Shown here piece by piece: positions 25,101-38,303 of a stretch of DNA of 64,000 bases. The translations under genes were made by a program, and so were the position numbers. Under the pieces are notes generated by a model, which worked only from the letters and a program-made list of their open reading frames with translations, ran no database searches and was not told the DNA's origin. The DNA is from Antedon mediterranea. Taxonomy: Eukaryota > Animalia > Echinodermata. The stretch spans positions 3,680,101 through 3,744,100 of the forward strand of contig NC_092677.1 of assembly GCF_964355755.1 (NCBI RefSeq), written 5' to 3'. How positions within the stretch are numbered: position 1 is the first letter of the stretch; every line of letters begins with the position of its first letter.

Positions 25101-28100
25101 TCGTCATCTCCCATTTGGTTCAGAAAGATGGAAAGTTTAACATGGTAGGTTCCCTCTTTATTATTATGCTGCGTAACCTTATTATATTTATTGCGCGCGC
25201 GTAATGGTTAAAAGGCTTGCGTTGCGTTTACGTCCTTGCGTTACGTTCTAGTGGGAACCAAGCTTTAGCATGGAGGCCCTGTGCGTACCGTGGAGGCCCC
25301 TGGCGTACCATGGAGGCCCCGGGTCTACCATGGAGGCCCTGAGCGTATCACGGAGGCCCTGGGCGTACCATGAAGGCCCGGGCGTACCATGGAGGCACTG
25401 GACGTACCTTGACGGGCATGTGCATACCACGGAGGCCCCGGGTGTACCATGAAGACCTGGGGCGTACTACAATATGGCGGCCTGGTTCTCTAGTGGAATG
25501 TCTGCGTGTAAAAGTATCGCTTCAAATATCCCGCCTTTTCTCTGTGAAGATCATGAGGGCGTATCAATTTAATCTCTGCTGCGCATGTGTTCACAATGAG
25601 AACGAGTGCTGGAGAATTGTTATTGAAAATGAAATATTTCGCATTTTACTTGGATTACATATTCCTATACTATTTGCAACTGTTCTTATTACCACTATTC
25701 TATACTTCTGGTCCATTTTCCGAGAGTAAAATTTATAGCGCAATGGCGATGCCTGGGTTGATCAATTCAAGGTCAAAACTTCTTTTCGAAGAATAAAAAT
25801 ATAGAAATAAAAGAATTAAGTTTGTTTGTTTTGTTTGCAATATTTTAATGTGGGTAATAAAACGAAAAAGTATGGTAATTCAATCTTTTATGAGTTTCGT
25901 TTTATTAGTTTTCATAAAAATTCAGTTTTTATAGTTCAGATCGAGGCTTAAAAAGTGTTACAATAAATAGCTTAAAATCTGTTTTATGGAGATTAGCATA
26001 GATTAAACAAATTAGTTTATATGGATGGATTTGTAGTTGCACCTACAATTCGAATACAATGTACCCATTGTTTTCACATTTGTTTACAAAGAAACAATTC
26101 ATTGTTAAAACTGCATTTTTGACTGTGATACCCATTCTTCTTGTACAAACTAAGTTCACTAGTAGCTGGAATAATTTGTAATTCCAAATCTCCATGTATT
26201 TGTCACTTGGTCGTAAAAATGACAATTTTACGTTTGTTACCGTTTATGAACTTCGGATTAGGATTAACGTATTAATAGGACGGATTACTATAAATTCAGG
26301 TTGATTAATCTGATATCGAACCTTGCAGGGTTCATTTTATTCGTTAATACAGTACCTAGGAGAGTTGGTAATAAAAATGACACAGACATACAAATTACCA
26401 TTGTTTATGAGCTTTGGATTAGGATTAACGTAATAATAGGACGGATCAACGTATTAATAAGACGGAGTAATATAAATTTAGGTTAGGCGTTGTGAAGACC
26501 ATGTCTTTACCCTTAAAAGCATAATCGCAACCAGAAAAGCTGAAGGTAAAAAAACTGATCTTGCTTTCATAGACTTCAAAAAAGCATTTGACACTGTTTG
26601 GAGAGATGGCCTTATTCAGGCTATCAACAATATAGTATCAAAGGAAGTTTACTTAATATAATTAAGAACATTTATCTGAATGTACAATGTAGCATTTGGA
26701 GACACTGTTACAGATTATTTTGGTATTGACGAAGGTATAAAGCAAAGATGTACCCTATCACCATTATTGTTTTCAATATTCATTAACGAACTGTATAAAA
26801 ATGATTAAATGTAAGAACTTGAGTGTAAATATATTTAATACTAAAATAGGTAGCCAGTCTTTTGGGCAGATGATGTGGTTTTAATTGCAGAGAATGAACG
26901 AGATTTGAATTCACTATTAGAAACCGCAGCTGAATTCTCACTAAAATGGAAACTTTCGTTTAATTATGACAAATCAAATGTCAAAGAATCAATTTACACA
27001 GAAAATGGAGACTAGGTAAAAATTATATATTGGAAACAGAGACCTATAAATACCTTGGTGTACATATATCTCGATCATTGTCTGATGTATGTCATATAAA
27101 TGAAGTAATTAAGAAAGGTAACCGTATAATTGCCTACATCAAATCCATAATATCAGAACAAGTAGACTTTAACAGAGTCTACTATGGCGATTTGCTTTGG
27201 AAAATGATCGGACTACCTACCATAAACTATGCTAGCTCTGTTTGGCTCTGTAATGGGAAAACCTCACAAGACAAAATTGAGAATCTACAATATCAAATGG
27301 CTAGAATAATACTAAAAGCCCCGAGAAATGTTGCCAAAGAAGCATTGTATGGTGACTTGGGATGGCAAAGTATTATTTCCCTACAAAATGATTACAGAGT
27401 TCAATATTTTAACAGATTAAAGAATATGGAAGATTTGTAGGTGGTCTCGATTACTTTTCAAGGCAATTATATCTGTTCAAGAAAATATGGCATGGCATTA
27501 GTTATCCAATGTAAAAGATATTTTAAATAAAACAAATTTTATAGACAAATTTAATCAAGAACCATCTACTAACTGGATAAAGCCATTTAGGAAAAATAAT
27601 AAACAGGTTGATCATAACGAGTTTACAAAGGCCCTGTTACAACCGTTAATGTAGAAAACGCCAGCTTATGTCGAAACAACCGTTAATGTAGAACAATCCA
27701 CCGCTTATGTAGTAAAACCTCCAGCTTATGTAGAAACACCAACAGCTTATGTAGTAAATAAAAACCAACACCAGCTAATGTAGAAACGGTCAACGGCTTA
27801 TGTAGTAACGAAAATTGCCTCCCAGCTTATGTAGTTACTATCGCCAGCTAATGTAGAAAATGTTATATATTTTACAAAAATGTCTAAATCATGTGCAAAT
27901 GCATCGATATTAACTTAGCTATCAGTCTTTCCACCTCTCGTAAGCAACCAACTTTCTAAAACGACCACACATCGTAAGCTACCATCTCTGTTAAAGGACC
28001 GCTTCTCATAATCGACCACCTCTCGTAAGGGATCACCTCCTCTCATAAGGGACCACTTCTCATAATCGACCATCTCTCGTAAGTGACCACCTCTCTTAAC

Positions 28101-31100
28101 GACCACACCTCTCGTAAGTGACCACCTCTTTTAATGGACCACGACCTCTTTCTCTCTATTAAAGGACCACTTCTCATAATCGTCAGTGACGACTGTTTTA
28201 AAGGACCACCTCTCTTAACGACCCCACCTCTCGTAAGTGACGACCTCTTTTAAAGGACCACTTTCTCTGTTAGAGACTGCTTCTAATTATCGACCATATC
28301 TCGTAAGCGACCACCTTAACGACCACACCACTCGTCAGTGGCGACCTCTTTTAAAAAGCCAGCACCTCCTCTATTTAAGGACCGCTTCTCATAATCGACC
28401 TTCACCCGTTACATCGACCTCTGGAAAGTTACTACCTCTATTGAACGACCGCCGTCTCTGTTCAGGTGCCACTTCTCATCATTAACCATCTCCCGTAAGC
28501 GACCACCTCAACGACCACACCACTTGTCAGTGACGATCTCTTTTAAAGGACCACCACCTCTATTTAAGGACCGCGAGAGGTGTGATCGTTAAGAGAGATA
28601 GTCGCTTACGAGAGGTGGTCGATTATGAAAAGCGGTCCCTTAAAGGAGGAGGTGATCACTTCCGAGAGGTGGTCGATTATGATAAATGGTCCCTTAAAAG
28701 AGACGGTGGTCGTTCAATAGAGGTGGTCACTTACTAGAGGTCGTTGTGACGGGAGATAGTCGATTATGAGAAGCGGTCCTTTAATAGAGAGAAAAAGGTC
28801 GTGGTCCCTTAAAAGAGGTGGTCATTTACGAGAGGTGTGGTCGTTAAGAGAGATGGTCGCTTACGAGAGGTGATCGATTATGGAAAGCGGTTCCTTGTGA
28901 GAGGAGGTGATCAATTACGAGAGGTGGTCGATTATAAGAAGTGGTCCCTTAACAGAAACGGTGAAAGTTCAATAGAGGTGGGCAATTCAATTGAGAAGCG
29001 GTCCTTTAATAGAGAGAAATATGTCGTGGTCCCTTAAAAAAGGTGGTCATTTACGAGAGGTGGTCGCTTACAAGAGGTGCAGTGGTCGATTATTAGAAGC
29101 GGTCCCTTATGAGAGGAGGTGATCCCTGACAAGAGGTGGTCGATTATGAGAAGCGGTCCCTTAACAGAGATGGTAGCTTACGATGTGTGGAAAGACTGAT
29201 AGCTAAGTAAGCTAAGTAAAGATCGATGCATTTGCACATGATTTAGACATTTTTGTAAAATATGTAACATTTTCTACATTAGCTGGCGATAGTAACTACA
29301 TAAGCTGGGAGGCATTTTTCGTTACTACATAAGCTGGTGACCGTTTCTACATTAGCTGGTGTTGATTTTTATTTACTACATAAGCTGTTGGTGTTTCTAC
29401 ATAAGCTGGAGGTTTTACTACATAAGCGGTGGATTGTTCTACATTAACGGTTGTTTCGACATAAGCTGGCGTTTTCTACATTAACGGTTGTAACAGGCCC
29501 AATGCAAAACAACGTTAACGGAATATACTATGTATAAAGGAACTCCAAACCTTGAACAATATTTGTTAGATAAAACTAATTTTAAGAGTATCAATTTAAA
29601 ATTTAAAGCAAGATCAAACTCTCTGAGGGTCGTAGACGATCCTGGTCAAGTCATAACACAGGATTATGTAAGATGTGTAGTACTAACGAAAAAGAAACAG
29701 TAAACCACTTTTTATTTAAATGTCCTTCATTAAGCTCTGTTAGAAATGATGTATACTTGGATCTTAAGAACAACCTCATAGACAATAATTTAAGTATTTA
29801 CTGGGATAATTTTAATTGTGGATCTCAAGAATTAAAACACCACTTTATGCTAGACAATTTATTCACTGAAAATGAAACATTAGGAGAAATCTTTGATTTT
29901 TAATGAAAGCATGTGTTACTAGATCTACAATTTTACCAACATTGCCTCTCTCAACTAATTGATTAATATAGTAAACAAGCTACAGATATCTCTATGAGGA
30001 TGTATCTGTAAGTTTTATTTATTTATTTTTATTTATTTATTATCATATATTTTTGTTGTTCTGTTTTTATTTTTGTAAGTTATATATATTGTACATACAG
30101 TTTACGTATTATGTATTTTCATACAGATCTAATTAATTACTTAGTTTACATTTTGTTCTGATGTTATGTGTTAGTATTTAGAACTTTGTAGCTTATGTTA
30201 TTTGTATTTTGTCTGTAAATTGGATGCACCATTAACTGATAATGTGTGCCACCGATATAAAGGTGATTCCATGAATAAATAAATAGGTTTATTAGATATC
30301 GAACTTTGCATTGTATATAACAATTTCATTGATTCATCATGGAGTACGCCATTATACACCTAATAAAAGTGACACTGACATAGAAATTACCATTGTTTAT
30401 GAGCTTCGAATTAGGATGGAGAAATTTTCACAATGGATTAGCGATGGTGACAATTTATATTCAGCGGTATTAAAATTTCTTTCGTACAATAAAAATGGAG
30501 TTAGTTAAAGAGTTTTAATTGGCTCGTGTCAAGATCGTGTGAAGTAGGTATCATGACAAACGTACGCGCAACGCACGTGAATCGTTTAAGCTTGGTTCTT
30601 CCCACACTAGCGACACAACGTAACGCAACCTACGCAACGTAAAAAAATGCCCTTCTAATAATTGTGTTTGCCTCCCGGCCGCCTGCTTGTTGCGCGTCAA
30701 CGTTAGCAGACTTTGACCTGGTTCACCCCGAGTACGCGCTGTACTTTGTTTCCCAGTGTTCTTTTGCCTTGCGTTTGTTGCGTGAAATCAAACTGATTTC
30801 ATTTCCCGTAGCGATGTTGCGTTGGCGCAATGCACAATATCCGTTTGTCGCGTGTGATTGGTAAACTCATTTGCGTTGTCGCGTCCACGTTGTGCGAATC
30901 AAGCTTTAAGCGTGGTTCCCACTAGATACGCAACGCAATGACGTACTCGCAACGCAGACGAGTTGACCAATGACAAGCCACTGTTCGAATAATCCATCGC
31001 TTGTGATTGATCAAATCATTTACGTTGCGTTACGTCCTCTTGCGTTGCGTCTCTAGTGGGAACCACGCTTAAGGACAACGATCGAGAATACGCACTGCTT

Positions 31101-34100
31101 GCAAATTGTTGAATTTACTGTAGGCCTAATTATAAAATGACCCAGATTTATTTTCCCTTCCCCACCTAGTTTTAGTCGATTGTGTGACAGAAATCAAACT
31201 ATTTAATGTATTGTATTTTAAAAAGATATTTATTCAATAACAAACTACTTATTATTACGGTATACGATCTTTTGACCCGTGTGAACTGGGTTCTAGACTT
31301 GCGTGACTAATATTAATACCACCTATTATTACTATTACTATACATTTGTGTAAAGTTGCACTTTTATGGAGAGATACAGATCACATACCGTGCTTTTCAT
31401 TGTAACCCAGTCGAGTGATAATACAGGTAATCAATGTAGCCATTTAAAAAAATCGGTACAATGGGTGTGAGTCTTGAATTTAGGTTAATGAGATAAGTTT
31501 AAAGTTAGTGTACATCGTCCGTTATCTTTAATAGTTATTCATGGTTGCTCTTCCTATTATAAGAGGCATTTAAACAAGTGACTTTATTTTACAACTCCTG
31601 TGAGTTTGCTTTTGGCTGTCATGATTGACTTCGTTTGTGAAAAAAATGAGCCGGAGGCCTGTTATCGTTGAATGAAGAACAATTTTCAAAATTAGCTTTG
31701 GTTTAAAATTCGATTTAAATCTGTAGTGTGGAATGCATTGTTATTGTCATATAAATCCATGTCTACACTATTGAACTTTATGTGACAAAAAATGTGATGT
31801 GCCCATATATGAACATGATGATGTCATATCACTACTATATTTGGGCATATCACTACCATATTTGGGCACATCACACTAGTTTGATAGTGTAGACAGAGCT
31901 TAATTAAGTCATATAAAATATTTATTTTATTTGAAGAAAATAGGTTTATTTTGAGTTTATGAAATCATATTTTTGTATATTAATATGATGATTGTTTGTT
32001 TATCAGGTGCATATTCAAAATGCCACACTGGCAGGAGGAGTTGCTGTCGGATCATCTGCTGACTTAATGATCCACCCGTGGGGTGCCCTTATCATTGGAA
32101 CACTAGCTGGCATCCTGTCCACCATTGGTTATACCTATTTCACGGTAAATATCCATTTTCCAAAATTAAGATTATTCATAAACAGGACCACTGCGGGGAC
32201 AGAGGTTTATAAAAACCGAGACAAATAAAAAACAAGACCACTGCGGGGACCAAGGTTTCTTAAAAAAGATCACAAAACAAGACCACTGCGGGGACCGAGG
32301 TTTCTTAAAAAAGATCACTACAAAACAAGACCACTGCGGGGACCGAGGTTTCTATAAACAGAAATCAATTGCATTTTTTTTTATTGAAAAAAAAACATAC
32401 ATACCCCAGTGCTGTGTGTGTAATTTGAAACTTATGAAGGGTTGGTCTGTATTTACTAATGGTTAACTCTTCTGGAAAGCAATAAAAACATTCACATGCA
32501 CTGAGTATAAGTACAGTATACTAAGCATTCCTATATCTATCCTCCATGTATGTAATATTTTGTATTTTCTACAATTTTCCCAGCCCTGCTTATCCAGCAA
32601 AGCTAAGGTCCATGACACATGTGGAGTGAATAATTTGCATGGCATGCCAGGTGTTCTGGCTGGGATCATTGCTGCCATTGTTGTCAGTTTTGCTGATGAG
32701 GACACTTATGGGGACAGGTAGGGTAAAATTAAATATTGTCGCGCTGGGTAGAGATACAATTTAAATAAGACAAACATTAAATCAAAATGATAATGCAAAC
32801 AAAAAGAAATGCCAAGCTTTTAGAATAACACTATTCTGTACCTTCATAATACTGTATATAATATAGGTTGTACATAACATTACCTTACAATAACACATTC
32901 CTATAACTATTTTATTTACACATACAATTTATTTATTTCAGTCTTTACTCGCAATTCCCCGCACTTGTGCCGGCCAACAATACTGCAGAATTCACGGAGC
33001 TTGCTTCCAGAATTGAGGGCCTTGAACCTGGCGATGGTCGCAGTGCCAGTACGCAGGCTGGCTATCAGATGGTTGCCCTCATTGTCACGCTTGCCTTCGC
33101 TATTGTAGGAGGCGCAATTACAGGTAAGGAAACCGAGAGATTATAGTTATTATAACCACTTCTTTGTAGGGATGTGTGTTTGATGTTATGCAGTTCTTAC
33201 ACTGATGTAGCCACGATAAATGAAGTGGTCCGGTTTTCATAAGCCACTGGGTTGTGTCAAAGGCCTCTGTGAAAAAGTGGTCAGGTTGAAACCTTACCAA
33301 CCGTTCTGGTGGCTGGTTACGGCCCTGGACTATCATTGAGAAGACTGACATGATTTTGAACTAATATATTGACTTTATTTTTACATTAAGGGTTCATACT
33401 TAAGCTGCCAATATGGGATCCATCCCAAGAAGATGAACTATTTGAGGACGAACCATATTGGGAGGTAAGTTTTATTTAAACAAATATCCCTAGTTGTATA
33501 GTCAAGGGTTGCGGTACAGCATGCATCTTCAAAAAGGAATTAATTAAGTAAAGCTCGGTCTACACTATTAAACTAGTTTGACAAAAAAAATGTGTGATGT
33601 GCACAAATATGGTAGTGATATACAGTACCTAAATATGGTAGTGACAGTACCTAAATATGGTAGTGATGACATCATCATGTCCATATATGGGCACGTCATC
33701 ACGTTTGTTTTGTCCATAAAGTATGATATTGTAGACAGAGCTGAAGAGTTGTTGTTTATAAAGTGATTGTATGAAAACCCAGGCATATTACAGTACATGC
33801 ACCTGTCTTGTAATCTAGAATATTATATGATAGTGTCTGCTTCTAATCAGAATATTGGGCCCAGGTAGTGTTAATAAATCATAAAATGATAGCCAAACAC
33901 AGCTTGATCCGTACCCTTTCTCAGTGACCCTAAACAGAGCAGACATTCCAATCAAGACTTAAAGCACTTGTTTAACATCAAAACAAATGCACAAATGCAT
34001 TGGCATAACAATATTAGATTTAATGAATAACAAACATAGGTTATTGTAGTAGTAAGGAATCATGTCAAAAATACTGCAGTAACTACATTTTTTAATGAAT

Positions 34101-37100
34101 AAAATATATAAGTTACTGCAGTAGACATTGTCGTACCATAAACAAAGTGATCATGTCAAAATACTTACTGCAGTAACTGCATTTTTTAATGAATAAAATA
34201 TATAGGTTACTGCATTAGACATTGTTGTACCATAAACAAAGGTCATGTCAAAAATACTTACTGCAGTAACTGCATTTTTTAATGAATAAAACATATAGGT
34301 TACTGCAGTAGACATTGTTGTACCATAAACAAAGGTCATGTCAAAAATACTTACTGCAGTAACTACATTTTTTAATGAATAAAACATATAGGTTACTGCA
34401 TTAGATATTGTTGTACCATAAACAAAGGTCATGTCAAAATTAGTTACTGCAGTAACTGCATTTTTCACAGCTTTTATACATACAAAAAAACACATTTAAA
34501 CAAAAGCAAAATCACAAGTTAAAACAGGTGAAATAACAAACAAACAGCTACTGTAAAGTAAATGTACTTTTACTTCAGTAGCTGCAGTAGAGTAATTTTG
34601 AAACGATGAGATTTGTCCAAATTATCGAAGAGTTAAGAGAACTATAGCATACAATTATACCAATTGACAATTTGTTTTTTTTTTACTGCCTTTTCACATT
34701 TTTTTTCCTCTGATCCTAATTGATTTGTACTGAAACACTTGAGAGAAATTTATTGCACAAAAGTTGCAATTTAAGTGATTAATTGTCAGTATGTCAGTTG
34801 GTCCATAGGTTAAACTGTAGTTTTACTAATTGAAAGTCAATCTGCAGTCAAAAAGAAAAATTTAAAAAGTCCCCTAGCTACCAATTTAGTAACTCAAAAA
34901 AATGATTTATTGCAAAAACAATCTTAGCAGTATTTTGATGAGTGGGCTACTGACAGGAATTGGCCAAAAGTTGAATTTATAGTTAATATCTTTCACCATC
35001 TGCACACACAGCAGGTACTATGATAAAAAAAATATCAAAATTTACATTTCCCAAGTAAAATATAAGACTAAAATTCTAGATATTTATAAAGGGTGAAACA
35101 AAATGGAATATTGTAAAAGACTGAACTTTATTAACATATGAACAGATGCAATGTTTTATGCAATACTTTTGACATCTTTTTTACATGCAATTTGACCATT
35201 TGTTGGTCAGCATTCTTTGGAAATAAAAAGAAAATATATTTTATTATTTATTTTATGTCTTTAGGCAATGTGGCCAAGGATTACCAATAGTGAATTAATC
35301 ACTGTCCTCAGATAGGTGGTAATCCCCCTGATACAGGGGCTATTGTGTGAACCAGTTCACCGGGGTAACCCCCTACTCTTTTTCGAATAATGAACTAGGT
35401 TTCTTTAAAGTACACACAGGTTATAACTGTGTACACTGGACCTACGTTTATAGTCCTTATCCGAGAAGACTTGTTCCACCACCAGAACTAGGAGCGAGAC
35501 GGCCTCGAACCCTTACCGATGTTGTTGTTGGCTCTTTAGGTACGGTAAACGGCGCCCCTGCCTTAACCGCTTGGCCATATGACTCACTCAATATATATAA
35601 TGTAGTATATTAAATTGACACAGCAGTTCAATTTATTTACAGTCAAGTGAAAAATGGCAAAAGGTTTACTTTCTAGGATATTTATTATTTATATGTATTT
35701 GTTTTGACATCTATTGTAGCATGACCACAGTGGTGATTTTACCATTAGTTTTTTCCTCTAACTGTTTAATTAAAACTGATGTGAGTTTTAGTGCTTAGGT
35801 CTAGGTTGCTTGACAGTTTTAGGCCTAAAGTTGCATTGTTTTTTTACAGGGAATTGAATCAACCTACCAAGTGAAAAAGGCTAAAAATGAAAGAGATTTA
35901 GGCTTAGAAGAAGCAGTTAACGAAACTACAACTTTGCAATAAATTGTAACAAAATTTAAGACAGCTACTGGCAACCTTTTTACTCAAAGCTGCTTAGTTA
36001 GTTAATAAATAGGAAAGTTGACATCTACAATTAAAGTCAAATAATACATAATCGAATATATAATTTTATTTTTAATAGTGTTTATTTCTATCCTGATAAT
36101 TATTTTATATCATATTTTATATTTAGTTGATCTATTATTAATATTAGTATTACTTTTTTTCTCTTTTGTGGGGGCAACCCACTTTTATTGCAATGATCAT
36201 GGTGAAGGTTACAGTATGTCTATTTATCAATGTATTACTTAATGTTTTATTTCATATGTTCTTTAGTGATAAAAATTATGTTATGCGGAGTAGCTTTGCG
36301 CCAGGGAGTTGAGTAGGCCAAAACATCTGTCTAATTTTTTATAGTGGTTTAAGAAAATGGTGTGAAATATTTATTGTAACATGAGCAATTTATATAAAGA
36401 ACAAGCCTTCATTAGCCAATTTTTTCAGGGGTGGTGGTGTCTCTTTTTTCACAAATGTGGCAAAAATGTCTATAGGCATATTTTTAAAACACTTCCGCTG
36501 CTAGTTGAAAAGCGGTGTAGGGCATTTATTAGAACTAGGTACCTGGCAACACGTTTGTAGAATGTTTTATTTAATTCATATCCTCAAGTTCAAATTATCT
36601 TTATTGTGTAATAGGTATAAAACCAAAAATGGTTGACAAAACACCTTTAAAAATGGGTTCATATATTCCAGGTCAACCAATGACAAAATATTTAGTGGTT
36701 TTATTTTTCTATACAATAATTCAAAAAGACTGTAAAGGTTGAAAAAAAAATTCTTAAAAAAAGGTCTTAAAATTCTTTTGGTAAAGTAACCTTGGTAAGT
36801 ACATGTAAAGGGCTTAGTACTATGAGTGAAAGAGTTATAACTATTTTGTAATGTCAGAGGATCAGAGGTCTTGGAATTTATAATTGGCCCACCAAATTCA
36901 AGGAGCCCACTTTAAATTTTATGGGTCCATAAAAACTTATGAAAACAAATAGGAACAAAAAAAAGTTTAAAATGCAGTTTTAAATTGCTACAGGCTAATT
37001 AATAGCTTTTCATAATTTTCAGGGTAAATAATTTAAAGGACAACTTGACCGGAACCATATTTTAACAATGTATTAAGGATGTACATATGATTTCAGAACC

Positions 37101-37604
37101 ATCGCGAGATTAAGGATATAGCCGCACGCGCTCGCCGTACAGCCGTCGCTGTAAATTTCTGTGACGTCACAGGTGCATCGCAAAATTGACGTCATGAGTT
37201 TTCTGGCAAAGTCTCACAAATCGCGAAAATTTCTAGTAAACACACTTTGTAAATAAATCTTAAAAAATATAAATGTTGATTTTTTTTATTGTTTCTTTTG
37301 CTTATCCGGACTTATAAAGTAGATTTTGCGATGCACCTGTGACGTCACAGCAATTGACAGCGACGGCTGTACAGCAATATCCTTATTCTTGTGATGGTTC
37401 TGAAATCATATGTACATCCCTTATACGTTGTTAAAATATGGTCCTCGGTCAAGTTGTCCTTTAATCTGTAAAATGTTTGTGTATTGGTGAGTCAAACGTC
37501 ACCATCTAATTAGTATTCCCTTGTATATCTTGCAGGATATTGAGAAAGAACCAATGATGAAATACGCAGATAAAGAACAAAACCAATCAGAAAGCAAAAT
37601 CTAG
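19122..37604 (+). CDS. Rh-type ammonium transporter (Rh50 glycoprotein, Amt/Mep/Rh family)
   Basis: Exons 19122-19179, 20667-20831, 22343-22526, 23623-23773, 24468-24612, 24981-25144, 32007-32144, 32584-32717, 32942-33123, 33391-33464, then 35850-35942 or 37536-37604; all GT-AG and in phase (495 or 487 aa). Motifs [73 protein letters not shown] (twin His intact) and FEDEPYWE. The RhAG/BG/CG subtype cannot be assigned. Confidence 0.96.
20910..21215 (+). mobile_element. tRNA-derived SINE with Deu/Nin-like central domain
   Basis: A box tggccgagcgg; core ctcggataaggactataaaccgtagg; near-identical to 41087-41395. Confidence 0.82.
21362..21460. mobile_element. MITE family A, two partial ends back to back
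   Basis: gtgtagacaaagct followed by agctctgtctacactaccaaac. Confidence 0.6.
23380..23462. mobile_element. MITE family B (GCGTGGTTCCCACTAG TIR), half copy
   Basis: ttaa-gcgtggttcccactagcgacgtaacgcaag matches the left arm of 30910-31068; another half copy is at about 25215-25264. Confidence 0.7.
25269..25467. repeat. GC-rich minisatellite, about 10 x 20 bp (catggaggccctgggcgtac)
   Basis: Degenerate head-to-tail units. Confidence 0.85.
26485..30283 (+). mobile_element. Degenerate 5'-truncated non-LTR retrotransposon (RT plus C-terminal CCHC), split by a foldback element
   Basis: [51 protein letters not shown] and [14 protein letters not shown]; many frameshifts; (aaat)n tail; taggtt on both flanks; inserted into a degenerate tandem repeat (26240-26484 / 30284-30417). 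Confidence 0.88.
27635..29495. mobile_element. 1.86-kb foldback non-autonomous DNA transposon with TGT..ACA ends and 5-bp TSD GGCCC
   Basis: About 300-bp near-perfect TIRs built of cagcttatgtag units; interior of gaccacctctcgtaag-type units that flip orientation near 28573; ggccc at 27630-27634 and 29496-29500. Confidence 0.9.
30590..31068. mobile_element. Two adjacent family-B-type MITEs (30590-30904 and 30910-31068) sharing a TTAA site
   Basis: The second copy is a full hairpin gcgtggttcccactaga..tctagtgggaaccacgc flanked by TTAA. Confidence 0.82.
31760..31900. mobile_element. MITE family A copy (reverse orientation)
   Basis: tgtctacactattgaact ... agtttgatagtgtagacagagct. Confidence 0.8.
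32180..32357. repeat. Tandem repeat, 4 x about 45-50 bp
   Basis: gaccactgcggggac..aggttt repeated four times in an Rh intron. Confidence 0.88.
33552..33742. mobile_element. MITE family A copy
   Basis: agctcggtctacactattaaact ... attgtagacagagct with three aaatatggtagtga units. Confidence 0.8.
34060..34466. repeat. Tandem repeat, about 4.4 x 92 bp
   Basis: catgtcaaaa..tactgcagtaact..ttaatgaataaa..gtaccataaacaaagg units. Confidence 0.9.
35255..35590 (-). mobile_element. tRNA-derived Deu/Nin-like SINE (related subfamily)
   Basis: Reverse complement of the core (ggacctacgtttatagtccttatccgagaagac), with B-box-like and A-box-like segments. Confidence 0.78.
35850..35942 (+). CDS. Rh transporter candidate terminal exon A ([17 protein letters not shown])
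   Basis: Strong acceptor tttttttacag, phase 0 matching the previous donor, open to TAA, aataaa near 36004. Confidence 0.65.
   Translation, partial: GIESTYQVKKAKNERDLGLEEAVNETTTLQ
37037..37460. mobile_element. Palindromic TTAA MITE (Kolobok-like)
   Basis: aggacaacttgacc .. ggtcaagttgtcct, long inverted arms, TTAA on both sides. Confidence 0.88.
37536..37604 (+). CDS. Rh transporter candidate terminal exon B ([14 protein letters not shown])
   Basis: Acceptor atcttgcag, phase 0, open to TAG, aataaa near 37635. Confidence 0.65.
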   Translation, partial: DIEKEPMMKYADKEQNQSESKI

Positions 37605-38303
37605 AAAAATGCCGTCGTCCAATCAGGTATCAATAATAAAAGTTGCTGCTGCAAAAAACAATTTAAACTAATTTAAGTTTTAAATCTGGATAATATTGGA
37701 ATATTGAATTACTAATTATATCTATGTATTTCATCATTCTTTATAAGAATTATGTCCAGAATTATGTGATTTGAGAACAAAAATGATTTTGAGAGTTTCA
37801 CTTTTTCACTTCACAGACATTTCATAAACTTGTCTTCCATATTTCATGATCAATACAATATTTTTGTACAGTAAAAAATAATAAATTGTATTATTACTTT
37901 ATAAGGTACAGTAGCTGTACATTGACTCCAATTTTGATCCAAATACTGTACTTTTACATTTAAAATAGAGTAATGTAGTGTACTTCTTTGTACTGTATAA
38001 GTATTGTACTAAAGTACTATTAATGTAAAGTAATGTTACAAGTAATAACAAAACCAAGTGTGTTGAACTCTATTAATTCATTACAAAAATACATTAATAT
38101 TTTTTAATTCTTTAGTATCATATGTTAGTTAGTGGGTAGCATAGTAGACAAAATGTCTAAGATAATTTGACAACTTTGAGGAGAAATTTTCCAAAGTTAA
38201 GGAGAAATATTGTATATACAACAATGGATTTTTCTCTGTAATTGTCAATGTAGAGAGCATAGTTTAGGGGCCAGCAGATAATGTAGTTTTTGTTAAATGT
38301 ATA

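Noticed and set aside
25248-25729. Short ORFs on both strands
   Set aside because: They derive from the 20-bp GC-rich minisatellite inside an Rh intron
27915-29037. Several short ORFs (VVDYEK-type)
   Set aside because: Translations of the internal repeats of the foldback element
32180-32357. CRISPR-like repeat-spacer pattern
   Set aside because: The intervening segments are similar A-rich sequences, so this is a plain intronic tandem repeat
34151-34495. 114-aa repetitive ORF
   Set aside because: Translation of the roughly 92-bp tandem repeat; no coding features
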